From Methanocaldococcus sp. 28A (lineage in GTDB: Archaea; AGJL01; Methanococci; Methanococcales; Methanocaldococcaceae), in NCBI GenBank assembly GCA_049852185.1, contig CP187540.1: a stretch of 64,000 nt of DNA; one strand, 5' to 3'. A program made the position numbers and the translations under genes. A model generated the notes under the pieces. The model was not told where the DNA came from. It saw nothing but the letters and a program-made list of their open reading frames with translations, and ran no database searches. This document shows positions 55,302 through 64,000 of this stretch, piece by piece (position 1 is the stretch's first letter; every line of letters begins with the position of its first letter).

Positions 55302-56444
55302 ATGAATATACTAATTGTCACAGAATATTTTCCCTCATCAGAAAAATGTAATGTAAAGGGGGGTGTTGAAGCCCGAGCATTCTATATGGCAAAAAATCTT
55401 GCAGAAAATCATAATGTATATATAATAACATCTTGGGAAAAAGGGCTACCACAAAAAGATGAAATTTGTGGAATTAATGTAATAAGATGTGGAAAACAAA
55501 GGAAATATAGTCAATGTGGAAGTTTTACCGAAAGGCTAATTTTTATGAAAGAGGCCGTAAAAATTGGAAAAAAATTAGCTGTTGATATTGTAGATGGGTA
55601 TAATTTTATTACTTATCCTGTAGCGTATAAGATATCAGAAAAATTAGGTATTCCAAGAATATCTACATATCATGATGTTTGGCTTGGTGGAGGGTGGATA
55701 AAAAACATAGGATTTTTTGGAATATTTGGTGAAATTTTAGAGAGATACGTTCTTTCAAAAAGATGGAACAAGTTTATTGCAGTAAGCAAATACACAAGGG
55801 AAAAATTAATAAGTGCAGGAATTGATGGGAACAATATAGAAATAGTTTATAATGGAGTTAATTTAGAAGAATATCAAAAAATAAAAGTCTCTAAGGAAAA
55901 AAATACCTTATGTTATGTGGGAAGATTGGTTAAATATAAAAAAGTTGATGATTTGATTAAGTCAGTAAATATTATTAAAACTGATTTTCCAGATATCAAA
56001 TTGAAAATTATTGGTACTGGTCCAGAAAGAGGAAACTTGGAAAAAATGGTTAAAAGTTTGCATTTAGAAGATAATATTGAATTTTTAGGATTTGTTGAGA
56101 AACATGAAGATGTTATAAAACATATTAAGTCCTCAACTATTTTCTCACTACCAAGTATTGTTGAAGGTTTTGGAATGGTAACTATAGAGAGTGTTGCATC
56201 TGAAACACCTTATGTAAATTCAGCCATTCCACCAACTATTGAAATTACTGAAAATGGAAAAGGCGGGTTGTTATTTGAACCTGAAAATGTTAATGATTTA
56301 ACCACTAAAATTAAAATGTTCTTAGAAGATAAAGATTTGTACTCTAAAAAACAAAAAGAATGCTTAGAATTGTCTAAAAAATATAATTGGAAAAAATTAG
56401 CTAAAAAAGTGGAGAGTATATATTTAGATGTTTTAAGAGTATGA
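55302..56444 (+). CDS. GT4 glycosyltransferase
   Basis: GGVE, YNGV, VGRLVKYK, EGFGMVTIE. Confidence 0.92.
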   Translation: MNILIVTEYFPSSEKCNVKGGVEARAFYMAKNLAENHNVYIITSWEKGLPQKDEICGINVIRCGKQRKYSQCGSFTERLIFMKEAVKIGKKLAVDIVDGYNFITYPVAYKISEKLGIPRISTYHDVWLGGGWIKNIGFFGIFGEILERYVLSKRWNKFIAVSKYTREKLISAGIDGNNIEIVYNGVNLEEYQKIKVSKEKNTLCYVGRLVKYKKVDDLIKSVNIIKTDFPDIKLKIIGTGPERGNLEKMVKSLHLEDNIEFLGFVEKHEDVIKHIKSSTIFSLPSIVEGFGMVTIESVASETPYVNSAIPPTIEITENGKGGLLFEPENVNDLTTKIKMFLEDKDLYSKKQKECLELSKKYNWKKLAKKVESIYLDVLRV

Positions 56445-56497
56445 AAAATAATTTAGTAGTAATACAATCGATAATAAACAATTTAAGATACATTTAT

Positions 56498-56530
56498 CTG
56501 AATTCCTCACCTCCCTAAAGCAGCGTTTCT
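56498..56530. mobile_element. Degenerate IS200/IS605-type terminal hairpin scar
   Basis: AATTCCTCACCTCCCTAAAGCAGCGTTTC resembles the CCCTAAAGGGCGGAGTTTC end at 43561. Confidence 0.4.
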
Positions 56531-56548
56531 TAGCAACAATTTAGGGTA

Positions 56549-57595
56549 ATGGTGGAAAAAATGAAAATTTTATTATTTAAGATTGGAGCTATAGGAGACA
56601 CTTTAATGACTACACCTTTAATAAGGCAATTAAGAAAAAATTTTAAAGAAGCCACGATTGATTATTTAATTGGAAAACAGTCTTATGGGGTTTTAGATGG
56701 AAACGAACATTTAGATAATATAATTAAATTTGATGAAAAAATATTTTTTGAAAGAGACTTTAAAGAATGGATAAGATTGATTTTTAAAATTAGAAAAAGA
56801 AATTATGATGTAATTTTTGTGCTGGATAAACATTGGATTTTTAATTTAACTGCTTTTTTGTTTGGAATTAAAAAAAGAATAGGATTTAATAGGTTTGGAG
56901 AGGGAAAATTTTTAACTTATAAGGTTTCTTATTTTGGAAGAAAACATGAAATTTTTTATTATTTAGATTTACTAAGAGGGTTAAATATTGAGCCAAATTA
57001 TGAAGATTGGGAAATGGAAATATTTTTACGTGAAAAAGATTTAAACTTTGCAGAAACTTTTTGGAATGAGAATAATTTAAATGGTAAAGTTGTCGTAGGA
57101 ATATGTCCCGGTGGAGCAAGAAATATTGGAGTTGGGGATGATGAGTTAAGAAGATGGAATACTAAAAAATATATAGAACTAATAAAAAAATTAAAAGAAA
57201 TTGATTTTGAAGTTTTATTAATTGGGGGAAAAACAGACAAAGAAATTGAAAAAACAATACTAAATGACGTTAAATGTATCTCTACTATAGGAAAAACATC
57301 CTTAAAAGAAAGTGCTGCTTTATTAAAAAAATGTGATATTGTCGTTTGTAATGATTCTGGACCAATGCATTTAGCGGCAGCTGTTAATAGAAAAGTTATT
57401 AGCATATTTGGTCCAACACATCCATCTGAAAAGGCACCGTTGCATAAAGAGAGCATTTATTTATGGAAACAAGTCGGTTGTAATCCATGCTATGATTTGT
57501 GGGGTAGATTTCCTAAGACATGTCCTTATAAAACAAAATGTATGAGTTGTATAGATATTGAAGATGTTATAGCTGGCATTTATAAATTGTTATAA
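56549..57595 (+). CDS. GT9 heptosyltransferase (WaaF-like)
   Basis: GAIGDTLMTTP, CPGG...RRW, NDSGPMHLAAA, IFGPT, C-terminal CxPC. Confidence 0.9.
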   Translation: MVEKMKILLFKIGAIGDTLMTTPLIRQLRKNFKEATIDYLIGKQSYGVLDGNEHLDNIIKFDEKIFFERDFKEWIRLIFKIRKRNYDVIFVLDKHWIFNLTAFLFGIKKRIGFNRFGEGKFLTYKVSYFGRKHEIFYYLDLLRGLNIEPNYEDWEMEIFLREKDLNFAETFWNENNLNGKVVVGICPGGARNIGVGDDELRRWNTKKYIELIKKLKEIDFEVLLIGGKTDKEIEKTILNDVKCISTIGKTSLKESAALLKKCDIVVCNDSGPMHLAAAVNRKVISIFGPTHPSEKAPLHKESIYLWKQVGCNPCYDLWGRFPKTCPYKTKCMSCIDIEDVIAGIYKLL

Positions 57596-57630
57596 TTATT
57601 ACATAATACTATTAAAAACTGGTGAAAATA

Positions 57631-58554
57631 ATGAAAGCGTTGGTAACTGGAGGAGCTGGATTTATAGGCTCTAACTTAGCATTAGAATTACAAGATAAAG
57701 GATATGAAGTTATAGTTTTAGATGATTTTTCAAGTGGGTATTTTAAGAATCTCTTAGGATTTGAGGGGGATATAGTTTCTGAGAGTATATTGGATGTTGA
57801 TTTAGATAGATTTAAAGATGTTGATGTTATTTTTCATGAGGCAGCTATAACCGATACAACACTTCAAGACCAAAAACTAATGATGCAAGTTAATACAGAA
57901 GGTTTTAGAAGGTTTTTAGACTTTTCTGTAGAGAATAATATAAAGTTTATATATGCTTCTTCTGCTGCTACCTATGGTAATGCCCCTGCACCACAAAGAG
58001 AGGATGATGCAGGAAAACCAAATAATATATATGGATTTTCAAAATGGATATGTGACTGTATAGCGAAAAAATATATGAAAGAATATCCTGATTCCCACAT
58101 TGTTGGTTTAAGATATTTCAATGTTTTTGGACCAAGAGAGCAGTATAAAGGAAAAATGGCTTCAATGGTTTGGAAGTTAGCAAAACAGATGGTTGAAGGG
58201 AAGAATCCAAGAATATTTAAATGGGGAGAACAAAAAAGAGACCAAGTTTATGTTAAAGATGTCATAAGGGCTAATTTATTGGCTATTAATGCTAAAGAAA
58301 ATTGTATTGTTAATGTGGGTAGTGGTAGAGCTATAAGTTTTAACTATATAATAAAAGTTTTAAACGATGTTTTAGGAGTTGATTATAAGCCAGAATATAT
58401 TGATAATCCCTATAAAGAGTTTTATCAAGAACATACTGAGGCTGATTTAACCAACGCTAAAAAATATTTGGGTTATGAGCCTGTTTGGACTTTTGAAGAT
58501 GCCGTAAAAGATTACATTAAATGGTTGAAAGATAATGGTTATTTAAGATTATAG
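57631..58554 (+). CDS. rfaD: ADP-L-glycero-D-manno-heptose 6-epimerase
   Basis: TGGAGFIGSN, HEAAITDTT, YASSAATYG, YGFSK, RYFNVFGPREQYKGKMASM. Confidence 0.9.
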   Translation: MKALVTGGAGFIGSNLALELQDKGYEVIVLDDFSSGYFKNLLGFEGDIVSESILDVDLDRFKDVDVIFHEAAITDTTLQDQKLMMQVNTEGFRRFLDFSVENNIKFIYASSAATYGNAPAPQREDDAGKPNNIYGFSKWICDCIAKKYMKEYPDSHIVGLRYFNVFGPREQYKGKMASMVWKLAKQMVEGKNPRIFKWGEQKRDQVYVKDVIRANLLAINAKENCIVNVGSGRAISFNYIIKVLNDVLGVDYKPEYIDNPYKEFYQEHTEADLTNAKKYLGYEPVWTFEDAVKDYIKWLKDNGYLRL

Positions 58555-59625
58555 GTGAATAAATTGATTAAAATTGAAAAAATTAAACATAAATTTATAG
58601 CTGGATGGATTATTAATAACAAATATTATTACAGAGTTGTAAATAAAAATATAGCTTTAGCTTTGTATTTTTTAGATAGTGTTTTTTCCCTAATATTTAA
58701 AAAAAGAAAATATCCTGAAAAAATTGAAAATATTTTAGTTATAAGATTAGAACAAATAGGGGATGTAATATTAACTACATCATTTTTTAGAGAATTAAAA
58801 AAGAATTATCGTGAAGCAAAAATAACTGTCTTATGTAGAGATGTTACTAAAGATTTGTTTAAATTGATACCTTGGGTTGATGAAATTGTTGTTCTAAATA
58901 CTCCTTGGTTAAGTAGAAATGATTCTGATGGGTATTTGAATGTTTTAAAATTTATAATGAAAAATTATAAAAAATATGATTTAGTCTTTGATTTGCATCC
59001 TGATCCAAGAAATTTAATTATATCAAAATTTGTTGGGAAATATACTGTTGCATATGATATTAAAGGATTTAAATTTTTAATTGATAAACCAATCAATTGG
59101 AATTTTAAAAAAGTGGAACATATCGTTGATAGGTATATAAATATTCTAAAAGAACTAGGTTTAACAGTCGAAGATTATAATTTAGAAATTATATTAGATG
59201 ATAATATTATGCATAATGTAAAGAAAAAATTAAACAAGATTTGTAATTTAAATGGAAACAAAAAACTAATATTGATTCATCCTTTAAGTGGAAGATTAGA
59301 GAAAAATATTAGCTGGGAAAAATGGAAAGATATAATAAGAAATGAATTAGTAAATGAAAAAAATATTATATTTATAGGTGGTTCGAAACAAGATAAGTCA
59401 ATAATAGATAAAAACTTAAAAGATGTTTTAGACGACAACAGAGTTTATAACATTGCTGGGGTGTTTAATTTATTGGAATATATACATTTTATAAGTTTGG
59501 TAGATTATATATATTCTGTTGATACTTTTGTAGTTCATGTATCTTCAGCATTAAAAAAGAGAATAAAAACTTTTTATATAGCTACAAATGAAGAGGAATG
59601 GGGTTATTATCAAAATAAACATTGA
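58555..59625 (+). CDS. Second, divergent GT9 heptosyltransferase-like protein
   Basis: RLEQIGDVIL, IHP, SVDTFVVH. Confidence 0.82.
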   Translation: MNKLIKIEKIKHKFIAGWIINNKYYYRVVNKNIALALYFLDSVFSLIFKKRKYPEKIENILVIRLEQIGDVILTTSFFRELKKNYREAKITVLCRDVTKDLFKLIPWVDEIVVLNTPWLSRNDSDGYLNVLKFIMKNYKKYDLVFDLHPDPRNLIISKFVGKYTVAYDIKGFKFLIDKPINWNFKKVEHIVDRYINILKELGLTVEDYNLEIILDDNIMHNVKKKLNKICNLNGNKKLILIHPLSGRLEKNISWEKWKDIIRNELVNEKNIIFIGGSKQDKSIIDKNLKDVLDDNRVYNIAGVFNLLEYIHFISLVDYIYSVDTFVVHVSSALKKRIKTFYIATNEEEWGYYQNKH

Positions 59626-59647
59626 AGTAATTGTATAAGGGGAAAAT

Positions 59648-60865
59648 ATGAAAGAAATAAAAGTATTGTATATAGGTAATTATGCCCCTTGGTTATACCA
59701 AAATTTTAAATATTATGAAGATTTTGAAATTGATTTCTATGTTTTACCAATAGAGGGAAAAAATTTTATACAAAAATATAGTTTAAAGCATTTTTCAGGG
59801 TATAAAATAAAGGATATTATTAAATCACGTATTCTAATTAATTTTTTAAATTACTTTTTTTCAATTGGTAATAAAATCCTAAATTTAGAAAAAATTTTAA
59901 GAAAAGGAAATTTTAATATTGTCCATGTATTAGAACCATATTCTCCATATAGCGTAGATGTAATTAAACTATCTAAAGAGTATGGTTATAAAACAATAGT
60001 AGAGACTTGGGAAAATCTACCTCATAATTGGGAATATTTCTCATACCTTGGAACTCCATTTTCATTATTTAAATTAGAAAGAATTAGTCACAAAAAAAAT
60101 AAGACATATTCATTAACTAATTGTGATATTATTTTAGCTAAATCAAAAACAGTTGAAAATGCTTTAATTTTAGAAGGTTGGGATAAAAATAAAATTAAAA
60201 CAATATATTATGGTGTAGATTCTAAAATATTTAAACCTTACGAGAACAGAGAAAATTTAAGAAAATATTATTTCGATAAATTGAGAATAAAAAATGATAA
60301 TAAAAAGTTTATAATTCTAACTGTAGGTAGAATAGAATATGAAAAGGGATATATAGATATGTTTTGGGCAATAAAAAAAATAATAGATGAATATAAAGAT
60401 AAAATTGATATATATTGGTTAATTTTGGGCTCTGGAAACTTAAAAAAAGAATTAGTTAAACTATCTGAAATATTCAATATGAAAAAACATATAAAATTTT
60501 TAGGATTCTTAGATTATTTTAATTTGTCTGATTATTATAATTTAGCAGATATTTTTGTTTTAACTCCAAATCCCAATATACATTGGCTTGAGCAGTATGG
60601 ATTTGTTTATGTGGAATCACAAATGTGTGGATTACCAGTAATATCTTCCCTAACTGGTGAAATCCCAAATGTTGTTAAAAATAAAGAAACAGGGTTCTTA
60701 GTAAAACCAAGGGATTCTTTTGAAATATATTGTAGGATAAAAGAATTAATTGAAAATGAAGATTTAAAAGAAAAAATGAAAAAAAACGCAAGAAAATGGT
60801 CATTAAATTTTGATGCTGAAAAGACAGCAAAAAATCATGTTAAGTTGTATAAGTCAATATTATAA
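59648..60865 (+). CDS. GT4 glycosyltransferase
   Basis: WEN, GVD, VGRIEYEKG, EQYGFVYVESQMCGLPV. Confidence 0.9.
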   Translation: MKEIKVLYIGNYAPWLYQNFKYYEDFEIDFYVLPIEGKNFIQKYSLKHFSGYKIKDIIKSRILINFLNYFFSIGNKILNLEKILRKGNFNIVHVLEPYSPYSVDVIKLSKEYGYKTIVETWENLPHNWEYFSYLGTPFSLFKLERISHKKNKTYSLTNCDIILAKSKTVENALILEGWDKNKIKTIYYGVDSKIFKPYENRENLRKYYFDKLRIKNDNKKFIILTVGRIEYEKGYIDMFWAIKKIIDEYKDKIDIYWLILGSGNLKKELVKLSEIFNMKKHIKFLGFLDYFNLSDYYNLADIFVLTPNPNIHWLEQYGFVYVESQMCGLPVISSLTGEIPNVVKNKETGFLVKPRDSFEIYCRIKELIENEDLKEKMKKNARKWSLNFDAEKTAKNHVKLYKSIL

Positions 60866-61891
60866 TAATCCTTTTTCTTTTAAAATTTTTAGGTTTTCTT
60901 TAGGAATATCGAATCTAAGGAATTTCCAAAGTTTGTATGACATTGGATTTCGTTGTATTTTATGTGTGAAAATTAACTTAATAGCATCTTTTAATCCTTT
61001 TAAAAATTCAAAATACATACATAAAAAAGAAATTTTTAGTTCTTTCTGTTTTAAATTTCTATATGATATCATACTCTGAATAGTTAGCCAATTTATAGTG
61101 TAAAACAAAAATAAAATTATTGGGAAATTTTTATATAACATTAAAATTTGATTTTTTGTCATTTGATATTCTTTCCATAAGTTATTTCTCATTTTAGGTG
61201 TTTCATTATGTCTTATTATAATCCATGGATTTAAAAGGACTTTATAATTATTAATCCAAAGTCTAATTGATAAATCTATGTCTTCAACATATACAAACAT
61301 ATTTTCATCAAAACCTTTTATTTTTTCAAAAGATTCTCTTTTAATCAAAACACCACATGTAGCAAAATGATTTAAATAAAAATATATTGAATGTAGTTTT
61401 AACAATTCTATGCTATTTACAAGATCATAATACTTTTTTGTTTTTGAATCTAGTTCGTAGACTGCATATTCATAACCTATTCTTTTTCCATTTTTGTATA
61501 TGGGATATTCAGTCGCATATCTGATAGCACCAATATCTCTATTTTCTTTCAATAATTTAATATCTTTCTCTATAATATTTTTTAAAATATCTTCATTTTG
61601 TAAATAATTATCATCGTCTAAAAAGAGAATATAATCTCCACATGAATTTTTAAAACCGATATTTCTACCTTTTGAAGCTCCAACATTTTTATCATTTTTT
61701 ATGTATTTAATATTTAGATTTTTTTCATAAATTTTTATTAAATCTATAATATCCTCACCATTATTTACAATAATTATTTCAAATAAGTCTTTATTAACAT
61801 TTTTTTGATTAGTAATACTATCTAATAAGTTTTTTAGGTCTTCTCTTCTATTGTTTGTTACAATAACTATAGACAATAATTTTTGAGACAT
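60860..61891 (-). CDS. GT2 glycosyltransferase
   Basis: LSIVIVT, GASKGRN, FLDDD, GFDENMFVYVEDIDL. Confidence 0.9.
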   Translation of the reverse strand: MSQKLLSIVIVTNNRREDLKNLLDSITNQKNVNKDLFEIIIVNNGEDIIDLIKIYEKNLNIKYIKNDKNVGASKGRNIGFKNSCGDYILFLDDDNYLQNEDILKNIIEKDIKLLKENRDIGAIRYATEYPIYKNGKRIGYEYAVYELDSKTKKYYDLVNSIELLKLHSIYFYLNHFATCGVLIKRESFEKIKGFDENMFVYVEDIDLSIRLWINNYKVLLNPWIIIRHNETPKMRNNLWKEYQMTKNQILMLYKNFPIILFLFYTINWLTIQSMISYRNLKQKELKISFLCMYFEFLKGLKDAIKLIFTHKIQRNPMSYKLWKFLRFDIPKENLKILKEKGLL

Positions 61892-61902
61892 TTATCCCAC
61901 CG

Positions 61903-62838
61903 TTATACTCTCAACCAGTGACTTAAGTCTCTATTTGTAAATTCAGCTAAAGATAATATATCATCTTTGTATAAATTTACTAAATACTTTCTAGTTTCTT
62001 TTTTAATTTCTGGCTTTTTTCCACCTTTTTTATATGCTAAATTTACATATACTTTTTGATAAATTCTACCCAATTTTAGTTTTCTCGTAATATTATAGAG
62101 CTGTGGAAACTTGCTTATATTTTTTAAATAAAATATTTCAAATGTGTTAAATATTGAGTACCATATAGATTCAGGATTTGGACAAACGCTTGCATTTTCT
62201 TTTTTTCTTAAAGATTTTGGTATATAATTATATGAACGAACTCCCAAAAATTTAAAAATATCTTTTAGCAATTTAGTGGGGTTATTTTTTATATCATCGT
62301 AGAAACATATAAAAATCTGGTTTTCATCAAATACAGATAACCATTTTTTTAAATGTTTATAATAAAAGCCTATATCTATATCCCAATCTGCAATTTTTAT
62401 ATAATCTTCAAATGTTATATATTCTAAATTTCTTAATTCTTTGAAATGCTTCCTTAAAACAAAGGAAGAAGGTAAAGAATATAGGTAACTTGAGTATAAT
62501 CTTTCTACTGGATTTCTAAATATTACAATTAATTTGATATCTGGAAAATGTTTTTTTATCCTTTTGTAGGCTAAAGGGTCAGAAAAATATGAAGGAGAAA
62601 ATTCACCTTTAATAGGCTTTGTGGTATTAAAATGAGCTGCATACCAATCTAATCCTTTTTTGTAGTTTTCTTCAAATTCAAATATTTCATTGTAATAATT
62701 CTTATTAAAAAAATGTATTTCTTTTTCATTGGGTATATATATTTCTGGATGTTCTGAAAGACATTTAGCTAACCATGTAGTCCCACATTTTGGGACACCT
62801 ATACCTATAAAATTTATAAATTTTTCCATATGTCCCAC
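61903..62838 (-). CDS. PAPS-dependent sulfotransferase (heparan-sulfate sulfotransferase-like)
   Basis: 5'-PSB GVPKCGTTWL, KEIHFF, GEFSPSY, 3'-PB RNPVERLYS. Confidence 0.9.
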   Translation of the reverse strand: MGHMEKFINFIGIGVPKCGTTWLAKCLSEHPEIYIPNEKEIHFFNKNYYNEIFEFEENYKKGLDWYAAHFNTTKPIKGEFSPSYFSDPLAYKRIKKHFPDIKLIVIFRNPVERLYSSYLYSLPSSFVLRKHFKELRNLEYITFEDYIKIADWDIDIGFYYKHLKKWLSVFDENQIFICFYDDIKNNPTKLLKDIFKFLGVRSYNYIPKSLRKKENASVCPNPESIWYSIFNTFEIFYLKNISKFPQLYNITRKLKLGRIYQKVYVNLAYKKGGKKPEIKKETRKYLVNLYKDDILSLAEFTNRDLSHWLRV

Positions 62839-62843
62839 CTATT

Positions 62844-63893
62844 TTATTGAAATTCATCTATTAAATTTATAAAATATTCGGCTAATTTTATATCAACAAA
62901 GTGCTTCTTGACGTGAATATTTCCATTTTTAGAAATTTTTTTCCATTTATTGTTTTCTAAGTATTCTATAATGAGATCTTCTATCTCCACAACATCTTTA
63001 TAAAATACAGCTGATTTACCATTTATGAAGTTATATGGAATTTCTATTATTGGTTTTTTTGTTAATAACATTGAATTTAGATAAGGAATTTCATAATATC
63101 TAAAAGTATCCACACCATAACCATAAGTGTTTATTGAAATTTTAGATGAAGCTATTACTTTTAGATATTCTCTAAAATTCAAAGAACCTTTATTTATATA
63201 ACAATTTATGCCATATTTTTTTTCAATATTTTTCAATATTTCAAAAATTACTTTTCTTTCTTTAGTGTTTGGAGTGGCAATAAAAGAGACGTCATATTTT
63301 TTTTGTTTAATATTTTTTAATTTAGGATAATATTCTATTAAATTTGAAACTCCCAAGGGTATAGGGTATACCTTTTTATTATTTATAAAACTTGGATATA
63401 AATACATATCATAAAACCAAACATAATTTTTTAATCCATTGATTAATGTTTTTAAATTATGATACACCATTGCAGGAAAGTGTTTTTTAATATATACGTA
63501 TGAGTCTATAGATTTTATCAATTTTTCTCTTTTAAAATATGCTACAACGTTTCTATTTGATATGATTTTTCTGATATATGGTAAATCATCTAAATCTATT
63601 ATAATTATATTTCTTTTATTGTTATTATTTAAGATATACTTTATAATATTCTCAGTATACCTGTGTAGCCATCCTATAATAATGTAATCATAATTATTAA
63701 GATTATGTTTAATTTTATCAATATTTGCAAAACTTTTATTGCTGTACTGTACTTTAAAATTTTTTTTATCTATGTATGGCTCAGGATATATATCAATAGA
63801 AGTACCAAAAAGTTTTTTTAAGCCAATATAAAGAGTATTTTTTAAATAATGTGAATGTAATAAACTTACAAATAATAATTTCATAATTTCCAT
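62844..63893 (-). CDS. GT-B glycosyltransferase (Glyco_trans_1_2-like)
   Basis: YFKRE, YLKVIASSKISIN, GYGVDTFRYYE; likely start at 63893 or 63884. Confidence 0.7.
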   Translation of the reverse strand: MEIMKLLFVSLLHSHYLKNTLYIGLKKLFGTSIDIYPEPYIDKKNFKVQYSNKSFANIDKIKHNLNNYDYIIIGWLHRYTENIIKYILNNNNKRNIIIIDLDDLPYIRKIISNRNVVAYFKREKLIKSIDSYVYIKKHFPAMVYHNLKTLINGLKNYVWFYDMYLYPSFINNKKVYPIPLGVSNLIEYYPKLKNIKQKKYDVSFIATPNTKERKVIFEILKNIEKKYGINCYINKGSLNFREYLKVIASSKISINTYGYGVDTFRYYEIPYLNSMLLTKKPIIEIPYNFINGKSAVFYKDVVEIEDLIIEYLENNKWKKISKNGNIHVKKHFVDIKLAEYFINLIDEFQ

Positions 63894-64000
63894 CTCCTTC
63901 TTTATAATAAAAAATCTATTAAAAAATGTATTTTTTAGAATATGTATATAACATAGTTTCAAATATTGAATGAGAAGGATTTATTAATTTTAGAATCAAG

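Overview
AT-rich archaeal chromosome segment. Gene content and protein sequences point to a hyperthermophilic methanogen of the genus Methanocaldococcus (many near-orthologues of M. jannaschii genes, recognised from memory). Bases 1-51,000 are mostly housekeeping and methanogen genes: tRNA modification, SepCysE, thi4, hcgD/hcgE, intein-containing PolB, moeA, cofC, coaBC, nadX, NAD kinase, ribosomal proteins, aspS, split SelU, ribB/ribK, nhaP1 and amtB/glnK. Bases 53,000-64,000 are a lower-GC surface-glycan locus with a flippase, two GT9 heptosyltransferase-like genes, an ADP-heptose epimerase and a sulfotransferase. Main features the ORF track misses: (1) a chlI/chlD chelatase gene split by a -1 frameshift at an A9 run; (2) a GC-rich IS200/IS605 tnpB 3' relic that retains a structured omegaRNA-like scaffold; (3) an exact 135-bp in-frame tandem duplication in rps2; (4) a perfect 49-bp IS481-derived inverted repeat bracketing amtB-glnK; (5) decayed ISH3-like, IS6 and IS481 elements and palindromic MITE-like repeats; (6) the small Sec-beta gene, an eL15 leader and NrpR operators. 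I saw no tRNA, rRNA or CRISPR array. All product calls come from motif recognition, not database searches.
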